A stretch of DNA of 60,475 nt from Bacillota bacterium. GTDB taxonomy: Bacteria; Bacillota; Halanaerobiia; Halanaerobiales; DATFIM01. Within the stretch, counting starts at the first letter, position 1; every line of letters begins with the position of its first letter. The translations under genes were made by a program, and so were the position numbers. Where the stretch lies: contig JBNJDL010000001.1 of NCBI GenBank assembly GCA_051744825.1, forward strand, positions 1 through 60,475, written 5' to 3'. Of the stretch, positions 24,930 to 32,102 are shown one piece after another. The notes under the pieces were generated by a model. The model worked only from the letters and a program-made list of their open reading frames with translations. It had not been told where the DNA came from and ran no database searches.

Positions 24930-25161
24930 CAGTCTCCCTCCAAAGCCTATCCTCTAATTCTTGCTTTTCATTATCTTCTAAATCAACAATATCTGTAACA
25001 GGATAATCTAAAACATAAGATAACTTTAATATTAATTCCATGCTGCCAACTCCATTTGATGAGAAGTTATATAAAGTGGATTTAGATACATTCATTATTT
25101 TTGATAGTTGTTCTAAATTCATATTCTGCTTTTTAATTATATCAATAAGTTTTATTTCCAT
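24916..25161 (-). CDS. XRE-family helix-turn-helix transcriptional regulator
   Basis: LEQLSKIMNVSKSTLYNFSSN is a typical HTH_3 core. The start is set at ATG 25161 after GAAGGAGGGTAAT. Confidence 0.7.
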   Translation of the reverse strand: MEIKLIDIIKKQNMNLEQLSKIMNVSKSTLYNFSSNGVGSMELILKLSYVLDYPVTDIVDLEDNEKQELEDRLWRETDDIK

Positions 25162-25169
25162 ATTACCCT

Positions 25170-25216
25170 CCTTCATTATTATATAGGCTATAGGATTAAA
25201 AATTATTCGTCAAATT
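25170..25216 (-). promoter_or_regulatory. Promoter/operator-like element, family 3 copy c3
   Basis: Minus strand: TTGACGAATAATTTTTAATCCTATAGCCTATATAATAATGAAGGAGG. TTGACG-N15/16-TATAGC is followed by a second TATAAT box. Contains the palindrome TATAG-C-CTATA. Confidence 0.5.
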
Positions 25217-25240
25217 TAAGTTTTTCACTTTTTTATTAAA

Positions 25241-25340
25241 GCTTGTGAGAAGCCCACGAGGAAGTCTCAAAGCCTTCGAGCATTATACTATAGCAAAATA
25301 TACAATCATAGCCTCATTATTCTGTCACGAGCTCTGCGAG
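25241..25340 (-). promoter_or_regulatory. Conserved intergenic element, family 2 copy B
   Basis: Minus strand: CUCGCAGAGCUCGUGACAGAAUAAUGAGG-58 nt-GCUUCUCACAAGC. TAGTATAAT lies at 25290..25282. The upstream ORF stop (UGA) lies inside the first box. Confidence 0.5.
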
Positions 25341-25573
25341 TCTTTTAATTCCATATCTAACATATCAAATAAAGCTTTAAAATCTTCATAATTATTTACT
25401 CCAACTACAATTCCTTTTTTACTCGGCTTGTAATCTTTAGAATGTTGATCATACCAGAATTCTCTAATATCAATATATTCTTTACCATCTAATTCTGTAA
25501 TTTTAAATTTTAATATATTTCCATTATTCTTTTCCATATCACCTATAAAAATCTCATTATCCCAAAAAGCCAT
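25325..25573 (-). CDS. PC4/YdbC-like ssDNA-binding protein
   Basis: GKEYIDIREFWYD...PSKKGIVV resembles the PC4-fold block (G..Y.DIR.W....P.KKGI). Confidence 0.45.
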   Translation of the reverse strand: MAFWDNEIFIGDMEKNNGNILKFKITELDGKEYIDIREFWYDQHSKDYKPSKKGIVVGVNNYEDFKALFDMLDMELKDSQSS

Positions 25574-25922
25574 CTTGTAACCTCCCTATAATTTCATTAA
25601 TAGTATAATAGTCTAAGTTTAATAATCTAATAGATGAAACAATAATCATCGCTAAATCAATTATTATAACAAATATTGAAAATACTATAGTGACAACCAT
25701 ATCTCCACTATTTTCTTTTTCTATTTGGCCAACTTTTGTAATTAAAAAATAAACTAAAATCATAACTACAAAACATATAGTTAGCGATACTACATTACTT
25801 ATTAATATTTTACGCCTAACTAGTGGATAATATTGTTGTATTAAGCTAACTGCTTCTCCCCCTATTTTATAACCTAATTCTTCAACTCTACTAACAATTA
25901 AATTAATTATTTCTTGATTCAT
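25557..25922 (-). CDS. Membrane protein (two TM helices)
   Basis: Hydrophobic segments VVSLTICFVVMILVYFLI and VVTIVFSIFVIIIDLAMIIV. Confidence 0.55.
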   Translation of the reverse strand: MNQEIINLIVSRVEELGYKIGGEAVSLIQQYYPLVRRKILISNVVSLTICFVVMILVYFLITKVGQIEKENSGDMVVTIVFSIFVIIIDLAMIIVSSIRLLNLDYYTINEIIGRLQDGFLG

Positions 25923-25923
25923 T

Positions 25924-26157
25924 TTATAGCCCCCTTAATTCTTTTAACCTATCAATAACTTCTTCTAAATTCTCTTCAGTATCTTCATCATTTAAATAGA
26001 ATTCATATTTTTCATCAAAACCTTTTTCTTCTTCCCAACCTTCTAAATAAATTTCAAAATCAATTTTATTAACATGTGGACTATAATCAACAAAAACATC
26101 ATGCTCATTAATTTTATAAGCTAAACCTAAAGCTTCTTCTAATAGAATTTTTATCAT
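25924..26157 (-). CDS. Hypothetical acidic protein
   Basis: ORF in the gene train. Confidence 0.55.
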   Translation of the reverse strand: MIKILLEEALGLAYKINEHDVFVDYSPHVNKIDFEIYLEGWEEEKGFDEKYEFYLNDEDTEENLEEVIDRLKELRGL

Positions 26158-26552
26158 TATATCACCTCCTCTAAATATTTACAAACTACACCTTTTTGCA
26201 ATAAATTATTAACACATTCATCTAAATATTTTTTATCATGTTCTTTATATATTTTACCACTAATCATGTGAAGGACATTTCTATCAACAAAATCTGGATC
26301 ATACATTAATTGTTTACCTCTATAATTCATATTCCACCATTTTTGATTTATATTATAACCTCTATCTTCCATTTCAAGCATAACTTTTGAATGATAGCTG
26401 AATAATTTTATTGGATTATATTTAAAAACATAATTAACAGTGCTATGTTTTTTATTCCAACCTTTACCTCTTAAAGCACAACATTCTCTATGTTGACCTA
26501 ATAATTGTTGTCTAGGAAGTTTGTCAATTAAATCTTCATGCCATAATCTCAT
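26157..26552 (-). CDS. Pyrimidine-dimer DNA glycosylase (DenV/TIGR02328-like) family protein
   Basis: MRLWHEDLIDKLPRQQLLGQHRECCALRGKGW matches the remembered N-terminal signature of this family. Confidence 0.5.
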   Translation of the reverse strand: MRLWHEDLIDKLPRQQLLGQHRECCALRGKGWNKKHSTVNYVFKYNPIKLFSYHSKVMLEMEDRGYNINQKWWNMNYRGKQLMYDPDFVDRNVLHMISGKIYKEHDKKYLDECVNNLLQKGVVCKYLEEVI

Positions 26553-26577
26553 TTAATCATCTCCTATTTATTTTTTT

Positions 26578-26607
26578 AAAACAAATTTAAAACAAATTTA
26601 AAACAAA
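26578..26607. repeat. Tandem 11-mer repeat (AAAACAAATTT x2 plus a partial third copy) in a 5' leader
   Basis: Direct reading of 26578..26607. It lies between a leader hairpin and the RBS of 26157..26552. Confidence 0.8.
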
Positions 26608-26634
26608 GAAGAAAGAGTAGCTTTTACACTACCC
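26601..26634 (-). terminator. Intrinsic terminator/attenuator-like hairpin
   Basis: Minus strand: GGGUAG-UGUAAAAG-CUACUC followed by UUUCUUCUUUGUUUU. It sits directly downstream of element c4. Confidence 0.5.
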
Positions 26635-26675
26635 TCATTATTATATAGGCTATATATCAATATTTTATTCGTCTA
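26632..26675 (-). promoter_or_regulatory. Promoter/operator-like element, family 3 copy c4 (degenerate -35)
   Basis: Minus strand: TAGACGAATAAAATATTGATATATAGCCTATATAATAATGAGGG. Confidence 0.4.
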
Positions 26676-26969
26676 TCTTAAATTTTTTCTTATATATCCT
26701 TCAAATCTTTTATAATCTCTAAAATAAGCATTTCCTTTTTTATCGTATTGGACTTTATATTCTTTAATCTTACTAACCTCAATTTTATCTAAATAATGAC
26801 TTATCTCTTGGATAAAAACAGATTCTCCAGTTTTATTGACTAAAAGCCATTCTTGAGTTCTATTATTTATATATTTGCTTGCTGTATTATCAATCTCAGA
26901 AAGATTATTGATTTCATTTTCATCCATCTTATTAAATAAATCATTTAAATTCATAGCTGTAATTTCCAT
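26673..26969 (-). CDS. Hypothetical protein
   Basis: ATG 26969 overlaps the upstream stop (TAATG) after AAGGAGTGGGAA. Confidence 0.55.
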   Translation of the reverse strand: MEITAMNLNDLFNKMDENEINNLSEIDNTASKYINNRTQEWLLVNKTGESVFIQEISHYLDKIEVSKIKEYKVQYDKKGNAYFRDYKRFEGYIRKNLR

Positions 26970-27157
26970 TATTCCCACTCCTTTATTTTATATGTATTAT
27001 AATCAAAATCAAATTCCATATCATAATTAACTTCCATTCTTTCTAACCAATTAATAAAAGCTTTATTTAAATCATTCATACTTCTTCTAATACTAACTTC
27101 ACCAGATTCATAAAATTGTCTCATTTTAAGATTTAAATACTTTTCGCTATAACTCAT
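26969..27157 (-). CDS. Hypothetical protein
   Basis: ORF in the gene train. Confidence 0.5.
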   Translation of the reverse strand: MSYSEKYLNLKMRQFYESGEVSIRRSMNDLNKAFINWLERMEVNYDMEFDFDYNTYKIKEWE

Positions 27158-27179
27158 TTTAATTCCCCCTTTATTTTAA

Positions 27180-27362
27180 TTATTCCATTTCAGCTAATGT
27201 TGAAATAACTTTTGACATTAGAACATTTTCTTCTTTAATACTTAAATTATTATCAAAACTTATAGCTTCAACAGCTGATTTAATTTCACTAAATTCTCTT
27301 CTGCCATTTAAGTCAAACAATACTGCATTTACTAATTCTGTAATTCTTCTAGTTGTTAACAT
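27180..27362 (-). CDS. Hypothetical protein
   Basis: First ORF after promoter copy 5, with ATG 27362 after AAGGAGTGAATAAA. Confidence 0.5.
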   Translation of the reverse strand: MLTTRRITELVNAVLFDLNGRREFSEIKSAVEAISFDNNLSIKEENVLMSKVISTLAEME

Positions 27363-27411
27363 TTTATTCACTCCTTATTTTTTATTCACTTTATTCTCAC
27401 TCACTAATTAT

Positions 27412-27440
27412 ATTATATCACACTTCAAACTATTTGTAAA
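27412..27440 (-). promoter_or_regulatory. Early promoter, family 1 copy 5
   Basis: Minus strand: AGGTTTACAAATAGTTTGAAGTGTGATATAATATAATTAGTGAG. Confidence 0.7.
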
Positions 27441-27461
27441 CCTTTATTTAAAAGTTTTTTA

Positions 27462-27842
27462 TTATTTTTTATATTCCCAAAGTTTTTCTATTCTTGTTGG
27501 AGGACCGCTTAATCTAAAAACAAATCTAAAAACTTTAACAATCTGTAGATTTTCTTTATCAATTATGAACATCAACCTTGTTTTATTTTTTCTATCTTCA
27601 ATTAATGAAAATGAATCTTTTAAAGTCCCTGGATCTGTTCTAAAAACTTTAGCTGATTTTTCATCAGAATATGCTTGGAAATGTTTGTGTATAAAATTAT
27701 ATTGTTTTTTACTTGCTAATTTCCCATTATACTTACCAACAGATTTTCTTAATGAATTTAAAACATCAGATCTAGTTTCATCTACCCACTCTTGATAACT
27801 ATCCCATCTTGCTTTTGAAAGTGCATTTGGATTATAATTCAT
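27462..27842 (-). CDS. Hypothetical protein
   Basis: First ORF after promoter copy 6, with ATG 27842 after AAGGAGTGAACAAA. Confidence 0.55.
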   Translation of the reverse strand: MNYNPNALSKARWDSYQEWVDETRSDVLNSLRKSVGKYNGKLASKKQYNFIHKHFQAYSDEKSAKVFRTDPGTLKDSFSLIEDRKNKTRLMFIIDKENLQIVKVFRFVFRLSGPPTRIEKLWEYKK

Positions 27843-27892
27843 TTTGTTCACTCCTTATTTTTTTATTCCTTATTTTCTTACCTTCTAATTAT

Positions 27893-27921
27893 ATTATATC
27901 ATGTTTTCTGCACTTTGTAAA
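27893..27921 (-). promoter_or_regulatory. Early promoter, family 1 copy 6 (leftward member of a divergent pair)
   Basis: Minus strand: GGGGTTTACAAAGTGCAGAAAACATGATATAATATAATTAGAAGGTAAGAAAATAAGG. Confidence 0.75.
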
Positions 27922-27996
27922 CCCCTAATTGAAAGTTTTTTAAGTTTTTTTAAAATAAATTTTTATAAAAAAAATAAAATTAATTGCTAAAAAAGG

Positions 27997-28025
27997 TTTA
28001 CAAACCTCCTGAAACACGATATAAT
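27997..28025 (+). promoter_or_regulatory. Early promoter, family 1 copy 7 (rightward member of the divergent pair)
   Basis: Plus strand: AGGTTTACAAACCTCCTGAAACACGATATAATATAATTAGAGAGTAAC, giving TTTACA-N17-TATAAT. Confidence 0.75.
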
Positions 28026-28075
28026 ATAATTAGAGAGTAACAAAAGGGACACTAAAAAAAAGAGGAGTGAATAAA

Positions 28076-28264
28076 ATGTATAAAAGATTAAAAATAAAGG
28101 CGGCTAAAAAAGAGATAAGCAAATTAAGAAAGACTGGCAAGATTTTAGTTCCACAAAATACAGCTGATATAATTGAAGGATTATTAAGTAACTCAACAAT
28201 GATGACTTTAAAATTTGAAAAGGTTTATAATAATGTAGTTAAAATTACTAAGGAGGGGATTTAA
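28076..28264 (+). CDS. Hypothetical basic protein
   Basis: ATG 28076 after AGAGGAGTGAATAAA. First gene of the only plus-strand operon. Confidence 0.5.
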   Translation: MYKRLKIKAAKKEISKLRKTGKILVPQNTADIIEGLLSNSTMMTLKFEKVYNNVVKITKEGI

Positions 28265-28265
28265 T

Positions 28266-28556
28266 ATGTTAAAAACTTATCAAGATAAAATTTTAGTAGA
28301 AAGATATAAAAGTAAAAATGAAGACTTTGATTTTAATAGAGTAATCAATTTCACACTTGTCGGAAGAGATAAAGCTCTTGTTCTTTATGAAAGAGAAGAT
28401 GAAGATATTGATTTTATAAAAATATTCAGAGATGATAACAATGAAATGAATATAGAAGTTAGAACAATGTTCGCTGGTGATATTAAAAACAAAAGTCACC
28501 TCGGATCCATAATGTTAATTTTATTAGATGAGTGGGAAGAATTAAAAAATATATAA
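28266..28556 (+). CDS. Hypothetical protein
   Basis: ATG 28266 after AAGGAGGGGATTTAAT. Confidence 0.55.
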   Translation: MLKTYQDKILVERYKSKNEDFDFNRVINFTLVGRDKALVLYEREDEDIDFIKIFRDDNNEMNIEVRTMFAGDIKNKSHLGSIMLILLDEWEELKNI

Positions 28557-28571
28557 AGGAGGAGATTATAA

Positions 28572-28712
28572 ATGATAAGCTGTAAAAATTGTAAACATTT
28601 TGGAATAAATTCAGATAAAAACAATATTAGTTGGTGTTGGGCTGGGGACAGAAAATGTTCTAAGGAAGAATCAGCTTGTATAATATTTGAAGCTAATAAG
28701 GAGGAGATATAA
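28572..28712 (+). CDS. Small Cys-rich protein (46 aa)
   Basis: ATG 28572 after AAGGAGGAGATTATAA. Sequence MISCKNCKHFG...WCWAGDRKCSKEESAC. Confidence 0.4.
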   Translation: MISCKNCKHFGINSDKNNISWCWAGDRKCSKEESACIIFEANKEEI

Positions 28713-28784
28713 ACGAAACAATTGACTAAATCCTGATGGATGGGAAGATATTAAAGATTATATAAAAGACAATCAACTGTATTA

Positions 28785-28812
28785 AGCCTCTTAATTGAGG
28801 CTCTTTTTTTTT
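28785..28812 (+). terminator. Rho-independent terminator of the plus-strand operon
   Basis: AGCCTC-TTAATT-GAGGCT followed by CTTTTTTTTT. Confidence 0.8.
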
Positions 28813-28842
28813 ATGCCTAATTACCAATAATTACCGCGGCAC

Positions 28843-28914
28843 ATGTGAGTTTTTAAAATTGGACGAATAATTTTTGAATATATACCCTATATAATAAAGG
28901 GTGCTGCGGGGAAG
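28843..28914 (+). promoter_or_regulatory. Promoter/operator-like element, family 3 copy c1 (plus orientation)
   Basis: ATGTGAGTTTTTAAAATTGGACGAATAATTTTTGAATATATACCCTATATAATAAAGGGTGCTGCGGGGAAGA. Near-identical over about 70 nt to 49400..49473. Confidence 0.45.
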
Positions 28915-28950
28915 ATTATTCTCTCAAAACTATCAAATCAAGCTTTATAA

Positions 28951-28982
28951 AATAAAAAATCCCCCACTTTTTAAGGTGAGGG
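28951..28982 (-). terminator. Rho-independent terminator at the end of the late (lysis) operon
   Basis: Minus strand: CCCUCAC-CUUAAAAA-GUGGGGG followed by AUUUUUUAUUUU. Confidence 0.75.
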
Positions 28983-29009
28983 TGGAGGGGAACAAATTTG
29001 AGAATCACT

Positions 29010-29579
29010 TTATTTTATCATAAATAAACTAGCTAAAATTCCTAAAACAAAACCATAAGCTGCATATTTAATATTATTATTCCTATTTAATTTCTGTTCA
29101 ATTTCGTATAATTCTTTATAATTTTCTTTTTGAGAAGTTAACAGTTCAATTGTTTTTTCGTCTAGCTTTTGTATCTCAATATAAGTTTTAATTTTATTTT
29201 CTAATAAATCAATCTCTTCATTTTTAAGTTGAATAATTTTATCTTTATTTTTTATAATTATTTCTAAATCATTTTTAATTTTTTGTAATTGTTCAATTTG
29301 TTTTTCTAAGTTATTTATTTTTTCATTTTTTATTTGTATTACATCATCATGAGCTTTTCTTTCTTCTTTTAAAGCTTGTTGCAAATCATCTATTTTTTTA
29401 TTAAGGGAATCATATAATTTGACTAATTTTTCTTTAGCAACATCTTCTATAAAATATCCGCCTTCTACTTCTTTAAAATATTTCAGATCATCAGCTAAAA
29501 TTGCTGGACTAAATATCGTCCATTGCATTATCAATATCAGAAAGACTGCTATTAGTTTCTTCTTTTTCATATTTTTCAA
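29010..29579 (-). CDS. Coiled-coil envelope protein with N-terminal signal and C-terminal TM helix (spanin-like partner)
   Basis: N-terminal KKKKLIAVFLILIMQWTIFSPAILA, a long heptad-rich middle, and C-terminal YAAYGFVLGILASLFMI. Its start overlaps the end of 29509..29982. There is no Cys and no lipobox. Confidence 0.45.
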   Translation of the reverse strand: MKNMKKKKLIAVFLILIMQWTIFSPAILADDLKYFKEVEGGYFIEDVAKEKLVKLYDSLNKKIDDLQQALKEERKAHDDVIQIKNEKINNLEKQIEQLQKIKNDLEIIIKNKDKIIQLKNEEIDLLENKIKTYIEIQKLDEKTIELLTSQKENYKELYEIEQKLNRNNNIKYAAYGFVLGILASLFMIK

Positions 29580-29982
29580 GTCCCTCCTCTAATAGCTCAT
29601 CATTTTTAGTTTTAATTTTTTTTAGTTTTTCTTGAGTCTCATCTTCTTTATCTTTTATATCTTTCATTTTAAGTCTTAAATTTTGTATCTCTTTTTGATG
29701 TTTTACAATATCATCTTTTTTATTTTCATTCTTATTTTTTAAGTTTTCTATTATTTCATATTTTTGTTGTATTTTTTCATCATATTCTTTAAGTTCTGAA
29801 GTTAATTTTTCGCGTCTACTTTTTAATTTTTTTATCATTTTATCTTGTTTTCTAATTATTTCTTTAAGTTCAATTTGTTCTTTTTTATGGTTAGCAGAAT
29901 CACTTCCTAAAAAATAAGCAATTGCAACTCCAATTGTTGTCAACACAAACCAAATAATTTTATCTTTTATTTTTTTCCACAT
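29509..29982 (-). CDS. Type II membrane coiled-coil protein (i-spanin-like)
   Basis: N-terminal TM helix IIWFVLTTIGVAIAYFL followed by a charged coiled coil. Located in the lysis cassette. Confidence 0.45.
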   Translation of the reverse strand: MWKKIKDKIIWFVLTTIGVAIAYFLGSDSANHKKEQIELKEIIRKQDKMIKKLKSRREKLTSELKEYDEKIQQKYEIIENLKNKNENKKDDIVKHQKEIQNLRLKMKDIKDKEDETQEKLKKIKTKNDELLEEGLEKYEKEETNSSLSDIDNAMDDI

Positions 29983-29983
29983 A

Positions 29984-30193
29984 TTAAGATTTCCTTATAT
30001 TAGTTAATTGGTTAGCACCTTCAGCTACAAATAAACTAGTTGAAACATATTTAAATATACTTTCAAAAGCTGGTCTAGATATTAATCCAAATACAGTTAA
30101 TAACGTTGAAATTACTATAATTGTTATATACCATTGAAATTTATTATTAGTTCCAAACTTTAAATAATCTTTTATAAATTGAGTTTTATTCAT
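29984..30193 (-). CDS. Putative holin
   Basis: About 69 aa with a TM helix (WYITIIVISTLLTVFGLI) and a charged C-terminus. ATGA overlap with the endolysin stop. Confidence 0.45.
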   Translation of the reverse strand: MNKTQFIKDYLKFGTNNKFQWYITIIVISTLLTVFGLISRPAFESIFKYVSTSLFVAEGANQLTNIRKS

Positions 30194-30552
30194 CTTAAAT
30201 CCCACCTTGCATTATATGGTCTACAATCAACATGGATAAAAGTATTATATTTGCCTATGCCAGTAAATCCAATCTCTTCAGCAATTTCAGCCATTTCATC
30301 TATTGTATAATCTTTAACTTTTTTAACATCAGCTGCAATTCCTTCCATGTGTTTTGATTCGGGGGCACCACCAACAGCTTTATTGTGTTCAGGCGTTCTA
30401 TATCCGGAATTAATTATAAGTGGTTGGCTGCCTAATTTATATCTTAATATTTCAAGTCTATCAATTAATTCTTTTGTAATTTTGACTTCTTTAGTGTCTC
30501 TACTTTCAAATTCTGATAATTTAAAGTTTTGACTTATTTTAATATCATTCAT
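30190..30552 (-). CDS. Endolysin, peptidase M15A-type zinc D-Ala-D-Ala carboxypeptidase fold
   Basis: SGYRTPEHNKAVGGAPESKHMEGIAADV...IHVD (H-x6-D...H zinc ligands). The start is set at ATG 30552 after GAGGAGG. Confidence 0.75.
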   Translation of the reverse strand: MNDIKISQNFKLSEFESRDTKEVKITKELIDRLEILRYKLGSQPLIINSGYRTPEHNKAVGGAPESKHMEGIAADVKKVKDYTIDEMAEIAEEIGFTGIGKYNTFIHVDCRPYNARWDLR

Positions 30553-30553
30553 T

Positions 30554-31201
30554 TTAGTCCTCCTCATGGTCAAGATTTTTGCCTTTAAATTCTAATCCAT
30601 TAAAATCACCATTTATATCATCAATAACATCTTCAAACCATGTCATAATATGCGAGAATTCGCCTATATATTTATCAAATATTAAAGCTTGCATTGTAAT
30701 CTGATCATTATAATATTTGCTATCAACCACTTTTCTAATATCATCTCTAAAATATTTTATTCTTTCGGATTGCTTTACTTGATATTTTTTTATCAATAAA
30801 TCTAATGCCATTCTTTCAGTTCTAGTATATTCATCTGTAAAAAAATAAGTTGACCTTTCATTAATAGCATTGTGCAATAGGCTTAAATTTAATTCTTTTA
30901 ACTCTTCATCTGTTAAATCTTTATTATCAACTATATCGCTTAATTCTTTAAATTTCAATCTATATATTTCAATCATGTGTAATAAAAAATCTTGGACAAT
31001 TCCTTCTCTGCCATCATTTTCAGCATTTATTTCATATTTTATATATTCTTTAAAATCATTCATACGTTGGTGAACGGGATGATATTTAAGTTTTCTATCC
31101 CCTAATTTGTGTCTGATATTTCTTTTTTGATAAGTAAAATACCCTATAACAGCTGCAATTATTGTTGCTGCTGCCGCAATTAGTGCTTTTATTATTTCCA
31201 A
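30554..31201 (-). CDS. Membrane-anchored hypothetical protein
   Basis: N-terminal TM helix IIKALIAAAATIIAAVIGYF followed by a roughly 190 aa soluble domain. Confidence 0.5.
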   Translation of the reverse strand: MEIIKALIAAAATIIAAVIGYFTYQKRNIRHKLGDRKLKYHPVHQRMNDFKEYIKYEINAENDGREGIVQDFLLHMIEIYRLKFKELSDIVDNKDLTDEELKELNLSLLHNAINERSTYFFTDEYTRTERMALDLLIKKYQVKQSERIKYFRDDIRKVVDSKYYNDQITMQALIFDKYIGEFSHIMTWFEDVIDDINGDFNGLEFKGKNLDHEED

Positions 31202-31229
31202 TTAATTCACCTCTAAAATTTGTATTATA

Positions 31230-31628
31230 TTAAATATTTAAGATTAAAACTATGTGTTTAGAATTACGATAATTTATATTAGTATTATCCCTAATTCTAA
31301 ACGTGTGTGTTCCTGTTATTCCAGACCAAAATTTGAAAGCAAATAAATTTTTATACAAACTAGGATGATGAGTAGAATATACGATACTTTCTTGACTATC
31401 CATTTCAAGATGCAAACCTTCAGCATAATCATTAAAAGTTGTATCCATTGTGCAATCTGTTACAAAATATTGTATGACTGATGTTGTTTCTGAAACATTT
31501 AATGTAATATCAAAATAGCTTGGATCAGAGCGAACTCCAGTATAAGTAATTACTGCAGATTCATCATTAAAAAGAATCTCCTCCAAATCGCCTGACTGTA
31601 AATTACCTATTGTCGCTATTTGTGGCAT
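31230..31628 (-). CDS. Small beta-rich virion-module protein (MPxI group)
   Basis: Starts MPQIATIG. Third of three consecutive genes of similar size. Confidence 0.5.
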   Translation of the reverse strand: MPQIATIGNLQSGDLEEILFNDESAVITYTGVRSDPSYFDITLNVSETTSVIQYFVTDCTMDTTFNDYAEGLHLEMDSQESIVYSTHHPSLYKNLFAFKFWSGITGTHTFRIRDNTNINYRNSKHIVLILNI

Positions 31629-31639
31629 TCTCTTTTCAC

Positions 31640-32098
31640 CTACTTATAAAATACTATTATTTGTATACTTCGATTAGAAGCTTGTATTGGGCTATCCCCT
31701 GAAGAATATGGTATTTTTATAGTATGATTTCCAGCTGAGACTTCTTTTTTGCCAGCTACTAAAGTTCCATTTATAGCGCTATATGATGAAACTCCACTAT
31801 CGTTGCGAAATACTAAAGGTTTAACTGTTGTTTCCCTTAAAACAGTCCCATCAAATTCAATGCCATAAGTAACAGGAGAATAAGGATATAATTCTGAGGT
31901 GCTACTCCCAATAAAAGTAGCTGTCATGACTATAATAACATCAGCATCTATATTTGCTGGTATAGAAAATGTAGTTTCTAAATCTCCCATATAACCACTT
32001 GAGTTTGCTGAAATATTTCCACCTAATTGATCTTCGGCAAAATATTCTTTATGAACATCACCATCTATTTCTATTTGTGTTGTTGTTATTGTTGGCAT
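31640..32098 (-). CDS. Small beta-rich virion-module protein (MPxI group)
   Basis: Starts MPTITTTQIEIDG. FSIPANIDADVIIVMTA resembles IDIPSNCRAILMINHN of 32103..32582. Confidence 0.5.
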   Translation of the reverse strand: MPTITTTQIEIDGDVHKEYFAEDQLGGNISANSSGYMGDLETTFSIPANIDADVIIVMTATFIGSSTSELYPYSPVTYGIEFDGTVLRETTVKPLVFRNDSGVSSYSAINGTLVAGKKEVSAGNHTIKIPYSSGDSPIQASNRSIQIIVFYK

Positions 32099-32102
32099 AA
32101 AA

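Noticed and set aside
26578-26607. Tandem 11-mers as a possible CRISPR or iteron array
   Set aside because: There are only 2.7 directly abutting copies with no spacers, and the unit is much shorter than a CRISPR repeat. It is treated as a simple tandem repeat in a leader.
28831-28848. GC-rich palindromes CCGCGG and CACATGTG in the convergent gap, as a cos/pac or att core
   Set aside because: These are single short palindromes with no flanking repeats or nearby integrase or terminase recognition context. CACATGTG partly overlaps the start of the duplicated c1/c2 element.
28900-28913. GGG(G)..CTGCGGGG tracts after c1 and c2 as G-quadruplexes or hairpins
   Set aside because: Each copy has only two G-runs, and the G-runs cannot pair with each other. 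No structure is supportable.
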